From Eledone cirrhosa (Eukaryota): a DNA stretch of 64,000 nt. Position 1 is the first letter of the stretch. The number at the start of each line of letters is the position of its first letter. Positions 1 to 13,091 of the stretch are shown here, in pieces. The position numbers and the translations under genes were made by a program. The DNA lies in contig OZ024746.1 of NCBI GenBank assembly GCA_964016885.1, forward strand, positions 94,860,001 to 94,924,000, in the 5' to 3' direction. Below the pieces are notes generated by a model, which had not been told where the DNA came from, did not search any database, and saw only the letters and a list, made by a program, of their open reading frames with translations.

Positions 1-69
1 TCTAGCATAGAGTCCTGATTTTGGTATTTTAGTACCTACCTCAGTAAACTGCGAATCTACTGAACCACT

Positions 70-133
<64 letters not shown>

Positions 134-136
<3 letters not shown>

Positions 137-329
137 AAAAAGTATGACCCCGACAGCAGAGCGCAAGCCGTTTCGACGTTTCAGTCCAGAAATAGCCGTC
201 GAAACGGCTTGAGCTCTGCCGTCGGGGTCATACTTTTTTCTATTTTTTCCTATTTCCCACTCTACTACCCTAAGTATTGAGTACTCTGGTGCGTTATGGT
301 CCATCTGGTTCCTTACCACAAGTCCTTCG

Positions 330-331
<2 letters not shown>
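134..331 (+). mobile_element. PLE pseudo-LTR 3' end (family A) with inverted 5' arm, inserted in (TA)n
   Basis: Near-identical to 1378-1520, 13570-13712, 28760-28920 and 29010-29200. Arm 134-178 is the reverse complement of ~197-240. Flanked by (TA)n on both sides. Confidence 0.8.
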
Positions 332-371
<40 letters not shown>

Positions 372-374
<3 letters not shown>

Positions 375-588
375 GGAGGTGAGTTTTATTGTAGTACAAT
401 AAAGCAATGCAGATATCGAATAATGCACATATGTTGATTTAAAACTGCACTATCCACAAGTGTTTTTTAACCTTCATATCATGTCTTCCTATTTTATCTG
501 ATGAAAACACAAATATTATTGCATGATGATATTTGTTTTTGAAATGCGCATAATAAAATACATGGAACTCCTTTAACCATCTTTTGTT

Positions 589-591
<3 letters not shown>
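372..591. mobile_element. PLE pLTR fragment (family B), two opposed pieces in (TA)n
   Basis: Matches 1755-2160. Contains a hammerhead at 490-560. Confidence 0.75.
490..560 (+). ncRNA. Type I hammerhead ribozyme, minimal with palindromic stem III
   Basis: tattttat-CTGATGA-stem II-GAAA-tgcgca-TA-ataaaata. Stem I is 8 bp and perfect. Confidence 0.85.
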
Positions 592-642
<51 letters not shown>

Positions 643-646
<4 letters not shown>

Positions 647-948
647 TCTAGGGAGTGTAACTTGGAGTTACTGCAGATTCACCCGGGTGAGCACTCGATG
701 TGTAGGTTCACTTCTATGTTGAGGTGTAGAGCCATACAGAGTGTAATATATTGGTAGGTGACGCGCGTTTCGCCACTGATCAGCTCAAGGTTTTTCTACT
801 ACCATTTTAAAGGGTACGTCGAGCTGCTGATTATAGAGTCGGGTAAGATCGATACAGATCGAACCCTGAGCTAATCAGTGGCGAAACGCGCGTCACCTAC
901 CAATAAATGTAATGAAGGAGTAACCAATCGTCCTTGTTATCTTTTCAA
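643..948 (-). mobile_element. PLE-like 3' end (family C) with inverted repeat
   Basis: 751-792 is the reverse complement of 862-905. Hammerhead 3' half GAAA-cgcgcg-TC, 3' bulged hairpin at 690-742, (TA)n flanks. Confidence 0.65.
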
Positions 949-979
<31 letters not shown>

Positions 980-1084
980 GTGTGTATGTGTGCGTGTGTG
1001 TTGTTATATATATATCTATACATATATATATGTGGTTATATATATACATATATATATATATGTGGTTTTATATATATATATGTG

Positions 1085-1159
<75 letters not shown>

Positions 1160-1161
<2 letters not shown>

Positions 1162-1258
1162 TTACAGAATTGGATTCACAATCTTGAGGTTGTGAGTTCG
1201 ATTCCTGGACCGGGCGATGCGTTATGTCCTTGAGCAAGACACTTTATTTGACGTTACT
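1160..1258 (+). mobile_element. tRNA-derived CORE-type SINE fragment
   Basis: B box GAGTTCGATTCC followed by TGTCCTTGAGCAAGACACTT. Similar copies at 8405, 10742, 38210 and 44898. Confidence 0.75.
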
Positions 1259-1377
1259 CCTTCTACTTGGAGTTGCGACCGATAGATAGTATTAGCAACT
1301 GGAAAGACCAACGGAAACAGTGTTTCCTCGGTCCGATTTGACGAAAGTCGAGCGATATATATATATATATACATATA

Positions 1378-1520
1378 TTTAGTCCAGAAATAACCGTCGA
1401 AACGGCTTGAGCTCAGCCGTCGGGGTCATACTTTTTCCTATTTCCCACTCTACTACCCTAAGTATTGAGTACTATGGTGCGTTATGGTCCATCTTGTTCC
1501 TTACCACAATTCCTTTGTTA
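1378..1520 (+). mobile_element. PLE family A 3' end, 5'-truncated in hammerhead stem II
   Basis: Matches 181-331. (TA)n flanks. Confidence 0.8.
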
Positions 1521-1572
1521 TATATATATATAGTAATAATAAAAATTTGAAGACTAAAATCCATATATATAT

Positions 1573-1719
1573 GAAAAGATTCAGGACCGACGGCTGAGTT
1601 CCGGCCGTTTCGACAGCTAGTTCGTATCTAGCTGTCGAAAAGGCATATTAACCACTCTATTACACGAAGTATTGAGTACTCTAGTTATGGGCTACCTGGT
1701 TCTTACCACACCCTTCTGA

Positions 1720-1722
<3 letters not shown>
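1573..1722 (+). mobile_element. PLE 3' end (family D, related to A) with fold-back
   Basis: Hairpin tttcgacagctag-ttcgtat-ctagctgtcgaaa. Tail similar to family A and to 4012-4211. Confidence 0.7.
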
Positions 1723-1757
<35 letters not shown>

Positions 1758-1880
1758 GGAGGTGAGTTTTATTGTAGTACAATAAAGCAATGCAGATATC
1801 GGATAAGAAGCACTCTACAGTTTGTAGGACTGGAGTATAAATAATATATAAGATCAAAAGATGGTTAAAAGAGTTCCATG

Positions 1881-1951
1881 TATTTTATTATGCGCATTTC
1901 AAAAACAAATATCATCATGCAATAACATTTGCGTTTTCATCAGATAAAATA
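1881..1951 (-). ncRNA. Type I hammerhead ribozyme
   Basis: Minus strand reads tattttat-CTGATGA-...-GAAA-tgcgca-TA-ataaaata. Confidence 0.85.
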
Positions 1952-2048
1952 GGGAGACATGATATGAAGGTTAAAACACACTTGTGAATAGTGCAGTTTT
2001 AAATCAACATATTCACAAGTGTGTTTTAACCTTCATATCATGTCTCCC

Positions 2049-2119
2049 TATTTTATCTGACGAAAACGCAAATGTTATTGCATGATGATATTTGTTTTTG
2101 AAATGCGCATAATAAAATA
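2049..2119 (+). ncRNA. Type I hammerhead ribozyme
   Basis: tattttat-CTGACGA-...-GAAA-tgcgca-TA-ataaaata. Confidence 0.85.
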
Positions 2120-2160
2120 CATGGAACTCTTTTAACCATCTTTTGATCTTATATATTATT

Positions 2161-2260
<100 letters not shown>

Positions 2261-2418
2261 GTGTGTGTGTGTGTGTGTGCAAATTGTTGGGGTGGGGGTG
2301 GCGAGAGGGATAGAAGAAATGTCTTCAGTAATTGACTGGTTTTTATTTATCGATCCCAGAAGGATATGACAATTGAACACAAGGTGTGGAGCGCTGCAAC
2401 GTATTCTATTCTCCAGCC

Positions 2419-2458
<40 letters not shown>

Positions 2459-2880
2459 GCGTGTGTGTGTGTAAAAGTCCTCAGCCAAAGGGGAAGAAGC
2501 TTCGATATTAAAACCTGAAATAACCTGAAGCTAGAAATATCTAACGGCGCCATCTTTGAAAGGACATTTCTTTATTTTGCTAATGCCCCCTCCCCCCTCT
2601 TTAGCAATCTATAAATGGAAATCAATTAGTCTAACGTTGATTTGATTAACTGCTGTCATTATTTCAGTCTATATTAAACGTTGTTGCTGTTGTTGTAGTT
2701 GCTGTTATTATTATTGCTATGGTTATCGCTAGTTAAATTGCTCTGACAGAATATGAAAGCATAAAGAACCGCCCCATCGCGTGCTAAACATATCTATCTT
2801 CTAGCAGTTCTTTTCTTTTACATAAACAATTCAGGTTATTCAAATAAACAGGAAGTGATGCTTGGTCCATAATAAATGTG

Positions 2881-2977
<97 letters not shown>

Positions 2978-3159
2978 AGAACAATAAAAACAGAAGTCAG
3001 GTGTAGATAGTTTCTGTCTTCATGGATACCGTAGGCGGTGATCACCTCCCACAACAACTACCGGTCACACTGCCGAATCTGGCTGCAACCCTCCTTCCAA
3101 GGACACATTGAGTTCTAACAACAGCCCCACCACAACCACATGTATTACGTTATATAAAT

Positions 3160-3967
3160 ACTAGCTGAATTAGCCGGCGTTGCCCGGGTTACTGCTGTTC
3201 TTATTTAGATTAGTAAACAATAAATATGAACATGTGTTTTTTTTTTCTCATAATTATTTCAAAATATTTATATTTTATTTTTAAAATATCAAAATTGTAA
3301 TGATAATAGAATTTAGAAACGAAAATCTGTCAACCTTGAAGCACCTCAGGGTAAACAATATTCATTGTGTAATTTTTTGTTGGTATCCAAATGAATAAAT
3401 TGTTGCTAGACACTCACACACATACTCTCATATACATATACAAAGACAGAACACATACACACATACATTCACGCAGACACACGCATAGCTTTTTACCTCA
3501 TTTTTGGTCAATTAATTACTACATTTGTGTAGATGTATGTGTGTATTTAATCACGTACCTAATGAACGCGCGCATACACACTCACAGACACATACATATT
3601 CATATACAAAATGTGACATCGGTGTGTTGTTTTCTATTGTTTTAATGTAAATGAAAATAAAAATTATCACACATGCACTCACACACACACATACACTCAC
3701 ACACACATACACTCTCACATACACTCTCACATACACTCACACACTCTCACATACACTCACATGCATGGTGGTGGTGGTGGTTTACTATAGTTCACTATAG
3801 AAATGTTATTTTAGATAGAATATATATTTTTAATCCAAATGAAAATAAAAATTACATGTTGACACTCCCAGCGTCTAAAACTATTATCTTCTAAAATTTG
3901 ATTTGATTTGGTCCAGCCGTTTGAGAATGCATAGGAACAGACAGAGAGACAGTATTTTATATAGAGA
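3160..3967 (+). mobile_element. Non-autonomous Helentron/DINE-1-like element
   Basis: 5' ACTAGC...CCGGCGTTGCCCGG hairpin. 3' GGTCCAGCCGTTT...ACAGACAG...TTTTATATAGA end typical of this group. Confidence 0.65.
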
Positions 3968-4011
3968 AGTGTGTGTGTGTGTGTGTGTGCGTGTGCGTGT
4001 GCGTGTGTGTG

Positions 4012-4211
4012 TAAATCAAAATGAATGTAGTAAGAAACTGGTTAGACTATTACTCACCGGACTACTCCAAATTTGGGGTAGTAGAGTATGGTTATATGAA
4101 AGAGTCGGGACCCTGACGGCTGAGCTCTTGCCGTTTCAACAGCTAATCCAGACAGTCTAGAACTAGCTGTTGAAACGCCAAGAGCTCAGCCGTCAAGGTC
4201 CCGACTCTTTC
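4012..4211 (-). mobile_element. PLE family D 3' end with ~50 bp fold-back arm
   Basis: 4093-4145 is the reverse complement of 4164-4215. Apex lies at hammerhead stem II. Confidence 0.7.
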
Positions 4212-4286
4212 ATATACATATATATATGTGTGTGTGTGTATATATACATATATATTTGTGTGTGTGTGTATATATACATATATATT

Positions 4287-4319
<33 letters not shown>

Positions 4320-4339
4320 TTGTGTGTGTGTGCGTTTGA

Positions 4340-4500
4340 TTATAAACAAAAGGTAAACAGAAATAACAACACAATCGGTACAGTATATGGAAGGAATATA
4401 TTAGGTTAATGCTTGATATAGCAGGAAGAGGGTCATAACGTTTCCGACGATAGTCCTTCATCAGAAAAAAAGAATGAGAAATTAGAAGAATTGAGGGGAC
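4340..4500 (-). mobile_element. PLE-like 3' end (family E) with minimal hammerhead at ~4432-4468
   Basis: Minus strand reads CTGATGA-aggactatcgtcg-GAAACGTTA. Second copy at 13385-13508. Confidence 0.65.
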
Positions 4501-4631
4501 GGGCGGGGCGGAAACGGAAAAAAATGTTTTAGAGAAAAATAACAGTTCCCTTCATGTTGCCATCTCTTTGTAAACTGTTGGTGATGGTGTTTTGTGTATG
4601 ATATACTTTTTTAGAAAAGTTGGTGATGGAG

Positions 4632-4677
<46 letters not shown>

Positions 4678-4686
4678 CTCCATCAC

Positions 4687-4744
<58 letters not shown>

Positions 4745-4753
4745 CTCCATCAC

Positions 4754-4792
<39 letters not shown>

Positions 4793-5151
4793 AGTTGGGT
4801 GCGGATGCATTCATGTATATATGTGTGTGTCCGCATGTATCTGTGTGTTTCTAAATATATTGTTATATATATATATATATATATATGAAATAAAAGAGCA
4901 ATGTTTGTTGGTTGGTTCCTTCGCGATGACACAAAAACGAAAACTGACAATCGAAATGAAAGTACAGCAATGGAGTAAGAGTATACCCAGAAATGTTTTA
5001 CAACATCAAAGAAGAAGAAAAACATCCCGGGTATGCTAACCAACCTGACTGGTATTTCTAGCAGGCTGGAATTCCAACCGTGTGGGATTCTCTTTGCTCG
5101 TTCGTTGTCAGTGATCGTGTTTCGCGCCCAGCGTCTCCGATTCGAACGCTG

Positions 5152-5190
<39 letters not shown>

Positions 5191-5468
5191 ACGGTCTCGC
5201 TTCATGCTGTAAACCAGGCAAAGCATCCAATACAGTCGTTTTCTTTTCTAGCTGTCTTCTCTTTTCATCTGTTTACTCGGTCGAAGCTGGGTACTTCAGC
5301 TAGTATAGTTGGGATTTTGAAGAAAAAATAGGTATATTTTTGTCTATTATTTCCTCATATTTTGTAATTTGATAAATAGGTCCGATTATGGAGTTAATTA
5401 TTTTAGTTATATTGGCTCTTTCGGTCATCGAGCAAAACTTGTTAAGGCGGACACCACACACACACACA

Positions 5469-5586
<118 letters not shown>

Positions 5587-7741
5587 CCTTACTACCCTTC
5601 TGTGACCACTGTATCATGTATTTATCTCTCTCCTCGCCTCTCGAGAAATTCTGACTTGCTACGAAAGAAACAGCCCTTTTTTTACCACTGTATCACGTGT
5701 TAATCTCTCCCTCCCCCTATGAGACTTTCTCACTTGTTATGAACGCGTCAAGAAACAGTCCTTTTTTTCTGAGGGGTCTTTCAATAAACTGTATCAACCT
5801 CACAGCGATGATGCACTTTTATAGTGCACAATTGTTGCACACGGGTCGGCGAAACTGCAGTCGGGTCTTTGAAGAAAAAATAGGTATATATTTGTCTATT
5901 ATTTCCTCATATTTTGTAATTTGATATATATATATAGTAAGGTTTCACATTAAGGTCTTTATTGATTATACTCAGTTACGACTGTTTCACAGATGCGTGG
6001 GTCAGTATATATATATATATATATATATACAATATATACACTCTACCTTAGCATAGAGTGCTGATTTTGGTACCGTTTTCACTAAACCACAAATCTACTG
6101 AACCACCTATACTATGTATACACACACATGCAACAATGTATTTTCGCACATTTATTCAGACACAGCTTCAGTAATTCATACATTTAATTCAGTATCTAAC
6201 CTTTAACTGTCGGATACGAAGGAGTGGCTGAAGAATTTTGCGATGTTTTGACGTCAATCTACTTTCTGTTACTGTCACACAATACCAGCGCAGGCTTCAA
6301 ATGTTATTCTTGCTACCAACTAACATTGACGAGTGGGAAGAACAATTCCAAGAAATGTTCTAGACATTTGATGTTCACGTTCAGGAGCAATAAATTGCCA
6401 TTCTCGTTTAACAAGTTCGTTTTTACATTGAAACCAAAAGAACACCACTGGATTCATGCCAATGCTCCGTAGTTGTCGAGAAGGAGCTTGAGTGCGTACA
6501 CCTCGGAAACATTGATGTCAACCATATTTATATGTAGAAACCTGTGGTCTGTAAACAAGTGATATTGCTTCAGAGTTAACTGGAGGTTACATCCTACTAC
6601 TACTTTGACGTTAAACTCCGCCAGTTGCAGACTGCGCATCAACATCAGATATTTTTCTCCCCAAGTTCGATCACCAACAGCAGAGTTTAAAGTAGATGAA
6701 TGGGGTTAGGGATGTTTTCTATCTTTTCTGCTTTGATATGTAGAAGAACTCCTAAACAAAACCCTGATCACCGTTCCCTCTGGATGCACCTGACTTCCAA
6801 GAGTGTATCACTACCCTTTCATACTATTCAGACCAGGTTCCACCAGATGTCCAATCCTGGTGGAATACTGGCGATCCTGACTCTTACAATTCATCTTCCT
6901 TCGTCTTCTTTCTTGACGCTAAACTCCGCCAGTTGCAGACTGCGCAACAACATGTGATATCTCTCTCCACAAAGTTCGATCACCAGCAGCAGAGTTCAAA
7001 GAGCAAAGATCAATTCCAGTCTATAAGTTGACATTATCAAGTCATCGTTTTGGCTGCCGGCCTCTGCTTCTCTTACCAACCAACCTTCCTTCCAGACATA
7101 ACCTACTCACACCACGAGTTAATATTTTTATATGACCCTATAGTTTGAGTACTCTTGACTTGACAATTGATGTAATTGGTCTAAGTCTGGTAATATTGAG
7201 CAGCTCGGACACGTTAGGCGAAAATTAAGTAGAAGAGGTCAGTAATTTTTCAGCTGGGACAACCAGAAAATTTAGTTTCTGAAGCAATGAGGAATCTGTG
7301 TAAATATACACACATACATACCTACCTACAACAACTGAATAATAGAATGAACTCCATAGATAATGAACACAAGGATATGGTCCGAACGTGGAAGAGCCGA
7401 ACTCCCACTGTCATCGCCTCCATCTCTCTCCCCTCCCCATCTCTCTGTATGGTGAGCAAATGGGGTCCCACGTGCTGGCCTCCCCACAGACCCGGCGGAC
7501 AGAATGGAGAAGTGGCCCATGCTAGAAATCTGTCTGTTGCTTCCTTTCAGAGAAGTCAATGTTCTCCTCCTTTTCTTGTACCCTTTCATTGTATTTTACG
7601 GACTCCACCAATTCAGCTATCTCCCTTCAGGGACAGAGCAGTTGTATTTATTGCTGCTGCTGTTGTTGTTATTATTCTTTTGTTGTTGTTGTTCATGTTT
7701 TTGCTATTTTTATTGTTTCTTTTTCTTTGCTATGATTATTA

Positions 7742-7853
7742 TAATTGTTTCTACGTTAGGCACAAGGCCAGAAATTACCCAGTGCATTACTGGTACTTTA
7801 TTTTATCTACCCCGTAAGGATGAAAGGCAAAGTCAACCTCGGCGGGATTTGAA
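7742..7853 (-). mobile_element. tRNA-derived SINE (Meta-domain-like), 5'-truncated
   Basis: Core GCCTTTCATCCTTACGGGGT(C)GATAAAATAAAGTACCAG, shared with ~15 copies in the window. Confidence 0.8.
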
Positions 7854-7871
7854 CTATGATTATTATAATGA

Positions 7872-8338
7872 CTAGCAGAAAACCACCGTTCGGGTAGATT
7901 TCTGCTAGCATGTGTAGTGTGTATATTGATGTTATACGCAAGTATATATGCATACATCAAATAAAATCATAATTGACAATATACACAGAAATTGAACGAA
8001 GACTGTGTTACACTGTCTTATGTAATCAGTAACATAATCCATGATACATTAAAAAAGACGATATTATATATAAACTGCATTAGGAGAAAATTAGTGACGG
8101 AAATATATGAATGTTTATTTAAGCGATAGCAAACCGGAAGTGTTGTCATTTTTAAAGAAGTGAATCTTAAAGTAAGCAACAATATTATTTATAATCAAGA
8201 ATAACGAAATTTAGTAGATAATTTATGTAATGTTCATTCATTATTTATTCAAAGTAATCCAACTTATTTTACTAAGGGGATAACAAAAATATATTCTAGA
8301 CGCAGTCCCGCACTCCTTACTTTATTATAGTTAAGATT
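7872..8338 (+). mobile_element. Non-autonomous Helentron-like repeat
   Basis: 5' CTAGCAGAAA...TTTCTGCTAG hairpin and 3' TTTATTATAGTTAAGAT. Copies at 32258-33050 and 35935-36443. Confidence 0.6.
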
Positions 8339-8404
8339 TTCTTTGTTCATGTTATTGATGTTGTTGTCGTTGCTAATTTCGCTTTTGTATTGCGAGTGTC
8401 TTTG

Positions 8405-8872
8405 TAATCGAAAGGTTGTGAGTTCGATTCTCGGACCGGGTTATGCGTTGTGTCCTTGAGCAAGTCACTTTATTTCACGTTGCTTCAGTTTACTTACCTG
8501 CAGAAATGCGTTGTGACGTCACTGGTGCCAAGCTGTATCGGGCATAACCTTTGCTTTGGACAACACCACATATAGTGTATATATAGAGTATAGATTGTAT
8601 ATATAGAGTTGAGAGTGTATATATAGAGAGCATATATAGAGTATAGAGTGTATATATTGAGTATACAGGGTGTATATATAGAGTTGTGACGTCACTGGTG
8701 CCAAGCTGTATCGGCCATTGCCTTTCCGTTAGACAACATCGGTGGCGTGGAGAGGGGAGGCTGGTATGTATGGGTGACTGTTGGTCTTCCACAAACAACC
8801 TTGCCCGGACTTGTGCCTCAGAGGGAAACTTTCTAGGTGCAAGTCACATGGTCATTCGTGACCGAAGTGGGT
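8405..8872 (+). mobile_element. CORE-type SINE with internal duplication and TA-rich insert
   Basis: Matches 44898-45225. 32 bp duplicated at 8510-8541 and 8683-8714. Confidence 0.75.
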
Positions 8873-8924
8873 GTTGAAGGTTGTGGTGTCGGCATCAGTG
8901 CGGGTCCTTGTTCCGTTTACCTCT

Positions 8925-9280
8925 GTTGTGGACAGGTGTATCTTTCAAGTTTGCTGCAACTACAGGTATGAAACTTGCTGCTTCTTCTATTCTTCGCAAT
9001 AACGCGCAGTTGTGATATACTTGAGAGGTTTATCTTGTCAGGGAATTGTCCGATTTTCCAATTCTATCTGGATGATTACTCGCATATCTATCCCGAAATG
9101 ATATTTCTGGAATCCCTTCTTCACATCCTGGTTTATGTTCTTCAGAATAAGAGCCAATACCCACATCCCCAAATCTTCCCGGAGCAGGTGCATTGATTGT
9201 GTGTATGAACATCTGATAGGAAATGTACTTTCATCCTCCCATATCGCCGGGTGAGAGTAACGTAAGCTAATTCGCTCCAT
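8925..9280 (-). pseudogene. Degenerate gag/ORF1-like retroelement relic with decayed zinc knuckle
   Basis: ...EDLGMWVLALILKNI...ELENRTIP / DKINLSSISQLRVIAKNRRSSKFHTCSCSKLERYTCPQ across a frameshift. Confidence 0.4.
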
Positions 9281-9756
9281 ATTTTCTTCAAAAGATTTCT
9301 TTGTCTGGGCTTATGTGAACGTGTTTCAAACATGCCCCCACCCCGGCATGCCCCAGGAAACAAACAATTCTTTATAAAACAAGAAGAGCAAAGCAAAACG
9401 CAATAATAATAATTGTTTCTACTTTAGGCACAAGGCCAGCAATAATAATCGAAAAGATAAACAATATTTGACAAGATATAATCTTCTGTAAACTGACCCA
9501 TATCTCTCTCTTTCTCACTCTCTCTCTTTTTCTCACACTCTCTCACTCTGTCTCACTGACTCACTCTCTCTCTCATTCACTCACTCTGTCTCTCTCTCTG
9601 TCTCACTCTCTCACTCACTCTCACTCCCCCCCTCTCTCCAACTGTAACATAAAGAATTAAGGCCGATTATGAAATAATCAAATCAATTATCGGGGACTAA
9701 AACAAAAACATAAAAACCCTAAATAAAACAAAACAAAATAATTATAATACAGATGG

Positions 9757-9789
<33 letters not shown>

Positions 9790-9819
9790 CTTTACTGTTT
9801 TTATTCATTATCTATTATT

Positions 9820-10015
9820 AATAATTGTTTCGGATTTAGGTAAAAAGGCCAACAATTTTGGGGAGGAAAAAGTCGATTAAAACGACCAGTCATTACTGGT
9901 ACTTTATTCTATCGACTCCGTAAGGATGAAAGGCAAAGTTAACCTCGGCGGGATTTGAAGTCAGAACGTAAAGAATCGTAACTATATACCGCAAAGCATG
10001 GTGTCCGACGCTCTA
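9820..10015 (-). mobile_element. tRNA-derived SINE (Meta-domain-like)
   Basis: Same core as the other copies. Confidence 0.8.
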
Positions 10016-10029
10016 AACCCTTTCATTAT

Positions 10030-10597
10030 TAACAGGGCCTTAGAAAAACGTAAAAAGAAGAAATAACAGAAACAAAAATAAAAAGTGGAAACAAGAAAAT
10101 TAAAAGAAAAATTCGCCAAAATGATGAGACCTTTGAGGACTACTCGAAGAAACATCCACGCTGTCACACTGACCCCTAAGGCAAGCAACTGTCTAAAAGT
10201 GCAGGCTTAGAGCAGGCCTGTTCACTCGGACCATGTTCACTATTTTCAACGAATTTGCTTGAAAGCAGCACTTCCCTTTCTACCTTCAGTTTCTTTTTCA
10301 AATTGATTCAGCTGATAACTCGGTCCGCCCTACATGCGACAGCAGTCGTTCGACATAATTCCACAGATCAGTGATGTCCGGACACTGAACGACTGCGTTT
10401 AGAACAATATCTTCACCCTGCACGCATCTCCAACAAACCCGTCTGACGGCACCGCCTTGCCTGTAGATTTTATTATGAACTAGTTTGCGCTCTCCTGTAG
10501 CAGTGTCAAGCTAGAGACATCTAGAAATTGTCCATAGAAGTCTCCAGCCTGAAAGTTCTCGGAAACAGACAGACCAGTTCACTCCTGTCAAAACCGC
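10030..10597 (-). mobile_element. Tx1/L1-like LINE 3' relic (ORF2 C-terminal Cys-rich domain plus 3' UTR)
   Basis: RVCWRCVQGEDIVLNAVVQCPDITDLWNYVERLL and LKKKLKVEREVLLSSKFVE, with stops and frameshifts. Confidence 0.65.
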
Positions 10598-10741
10598 CTA
10601 ATTAATTATGATAAAGATCTTATGAAACTCAATAGCTAGTGTATCCGATACTGTTACTACTGTCCTTCTCAGTTGACAGATCAGTCAGTAAAAACAAATA
10701 GACTTGAGTTTTTCATTGATGCTTATATTATTGTTACACGA

Positions 10742-11055
10742 AGCCGCGTGGCTTTGTGGTTAGGGCATCACAATCATAAGGCCGTGAGTTCGATTCCTGG
10801 TGGTGCATTGTGTCCTTGAGCAAGACACTTTATTTCACGTTGTTCCACTCCACTCAGCTGGCAAAAAGAGTTTTATACCTGTAATTCGAAGGGCCAGCTT
10901 CGTCACATTCTGTGTCACACTGAATCTCCTTGGGAACTATGATAAGAGTACACGTGTCTGTGGAATGCTCAGCCACTTGCACGTTAATTTCAGTAGCAGG
11001 CGGTTCCGTTGATTGTATCAACTAGAACAATCATCGCCGGAATCCGACGGAGGAC
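10742..11055 (+). mobile_element. CORE-type tRNA SINE
   Basis: A-box-like TGGCTTTGTGG, B box GAGTTCGATTCC, CORE-like TGTCCTTGAGCAAGACACTT. Confidence 0.75.
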
Positions 11056-11225
11056 CAGTATAGTATGTTATTGTTATTACAATTTGTTATTGCTGTTTTT
11101 GGTGGTTACATCTATCGGTACTGCCAAACTACCACTACTACTACTACCCTGCTACTACTACTACTACCACCACCACCATCACTACTACTACTACTACTAT
11201 TACTACTACTACCACTACTAATAAT

Positions 11226-11680
11226 AATTATTTCTATTTTTGGAACAAGGCCAGCAATTACCCCAGTGTATTACTGGTACTTTATTTTATCGACCCCGTA
11301 AGTATGAAAGGCAAAGTTAAACTCGGCGCGATTTGAACTCAGAACGTAAAGGGCCATAACTCTATGCTGGAAAGCATAGTGTCTAATGATATTGGCTTCT
11401 TATATCGGCACGAGGCCAGCAATTTTGGGGAAGGTGAAAGTCGATTAAATCGGCCCCAGTGCGTTACTGGTACTTTATTTTATTGCTCCCGTAAGGATGA
11501 AAAGCAAAGTTAACCTCGGCAGAATTTGAACTCAGACCGTGAAGGGCCGTAACTTTATGCTGCAAAGCATGGTGTCCAACCCTCTACCGATACTGCCAAT
11601 CAACCATTAATTGTTTCTACTATAGGCACAGGGCCAGCAATTCTGGGGGATGGGAAAGTCGATTAAATAGACGCCAGCGC
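11226..11680 (-). mobile_element. Three adjacent Meta-domain-like SINE copies/fragments
   Basis: Copies at ~11226-11385, 11390-11605 and 11608-11680. Confidence 0.8.
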
Positions 11681-11694
11681 ATTAATAATGATAA

Positions 11695-12100
11695 CGTTTT
11701 CTTTATTGATCACAAAGGGTTTCCATAAAACATACAATAAGGACAGCAGAGGATGGTACAATGTGGCGTTTCTGAGTGTAAAAATGAGTATAAAATAAAA
11801 CCAAACGATGTAATAAAAAAAAAGAAATAGAAACAAAAGAAAATTCTTCACAATAGGGAGCAGACCTCCGATGGTTACTCGTGGAGAAAGGCCACAAAAG
11901 CCATGCTCACCTTGACTGCCAGGGCAAGTGCCCTCTCCCAGGTGTCCTCCATCAGTCTACAGACATGCTCGGATCAGGCTCATTCACTCCGGCCATTCTC
12001 GCCTCTTTCACCCACCTTTCAACAAATTTCTTTGAAGGTAGCACTTCCTTCTCCCCCTCATTTTTCTCTTCAAGTGAAACATGAAACAGTTAATCAGGGG
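11695..12100 (-). mobile_element. Tx1/L1-like LINE 3' relic
   Basis: FHLKRKMR...KKFVERWVKEARMAGVN-type terminus. 3' UTR ends in CCCTTTGTGATCAATAAAGAAA. Confidence 0.6.
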
Positions 12101-12274
12101 AGCAGTGAAAATGATAATACTGCCACCAACACCAACGTCGCCATAATTATAACCACCACTAAAAACCATCACAATAATCACCGCCATTGTTAATACTACC
12201 ACCGTCACTCTAATTACCACCAACACTACTAATGTCGCCATAATCACCATTACTTCTATTAATAGAGAAATAAT

Positions 12275-12628
12275 AAAAGGAGAATCAGAGTGGAGAGAGA
12301 GGCACTGCACCCCAATAAATTTACTGAAAGGTGGGTGAATGTGGCAAAAATGGCCCGAGTGATTGGGCCTTCTCTGTATATAAACCTGTAGGTTGAAAAA
12401 GAGAGCAAAAGGAAGAAAGGAGCACTTGCACAACACGCTCCTGAAGTTGAGGGTTGTTCTATCGACGAGGTATTAAACAACCCATTTGTGGCGTCTCCCC
12501 CCTATTGGGGATTTCGATTGTTAAATTTATTTGTTTCATATTTTTTACAGGATTGTATGTAAAATCCCCGACATGTGTCTTTGTTTTGTCCCCTTTTCTC
12601 GTGCGCCCTTGTGGCTAATAAAGAAATA
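12275..12628 (+). mobile_element. Tx1/L1-like LINE 3' relic
   Basis: RRIRVEREALHPNKFTERWVNVAKMARVIGPSLYINL*. 3' UTR ends in CCCTTGTGGCTAATAAAGAAA. Confidence 0.65.
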
Positions 12629-12903
12629 TATCACTACCAACGTCACTCTAATCACCACCAACGACTACTAATGTCGCCATAATCACCACCACTATTACTT
12701 CTATTAATACAGAAATAATAATGCTATCATTACCAACGTCAGTATAAACACCACCACCATTGACATTCACCATAATCCCACCAGGTGGACATCGTTGAAA
12801 TACTGTCAAATTTGTATTTCAGTTTTTTTGTTTATCTTTTATTATTTTACCTGACATGGCATATTTTTGTAACCTGAGTTCAATTTCCGATGACCTCATT
12901 TCC

Positions 12904-12991
<88 letters not shown>

Positions 12992-12997
12992 ACACAC

Positions 12998-13091
<94 letters not shown>

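Larger units (their letters stand above)
1755..2160 (-). mobile_element. PLE family B pLTR with ~145 bp inverted duplication
   Basis: ~1843-1990 is the reverse complement of ~2010-2157. One hammerhead on each arm. Confidence 0.8.

Noticed and set aside
6220-7010. Protein-like stretch (TNIDEWEEQFQEMF...) with an ~85-bp direct repeat at 6603 and 6912
   Set aside because: Many stops and no diagnostic motif. Possibly an old retroelement, but I cannot assign it.
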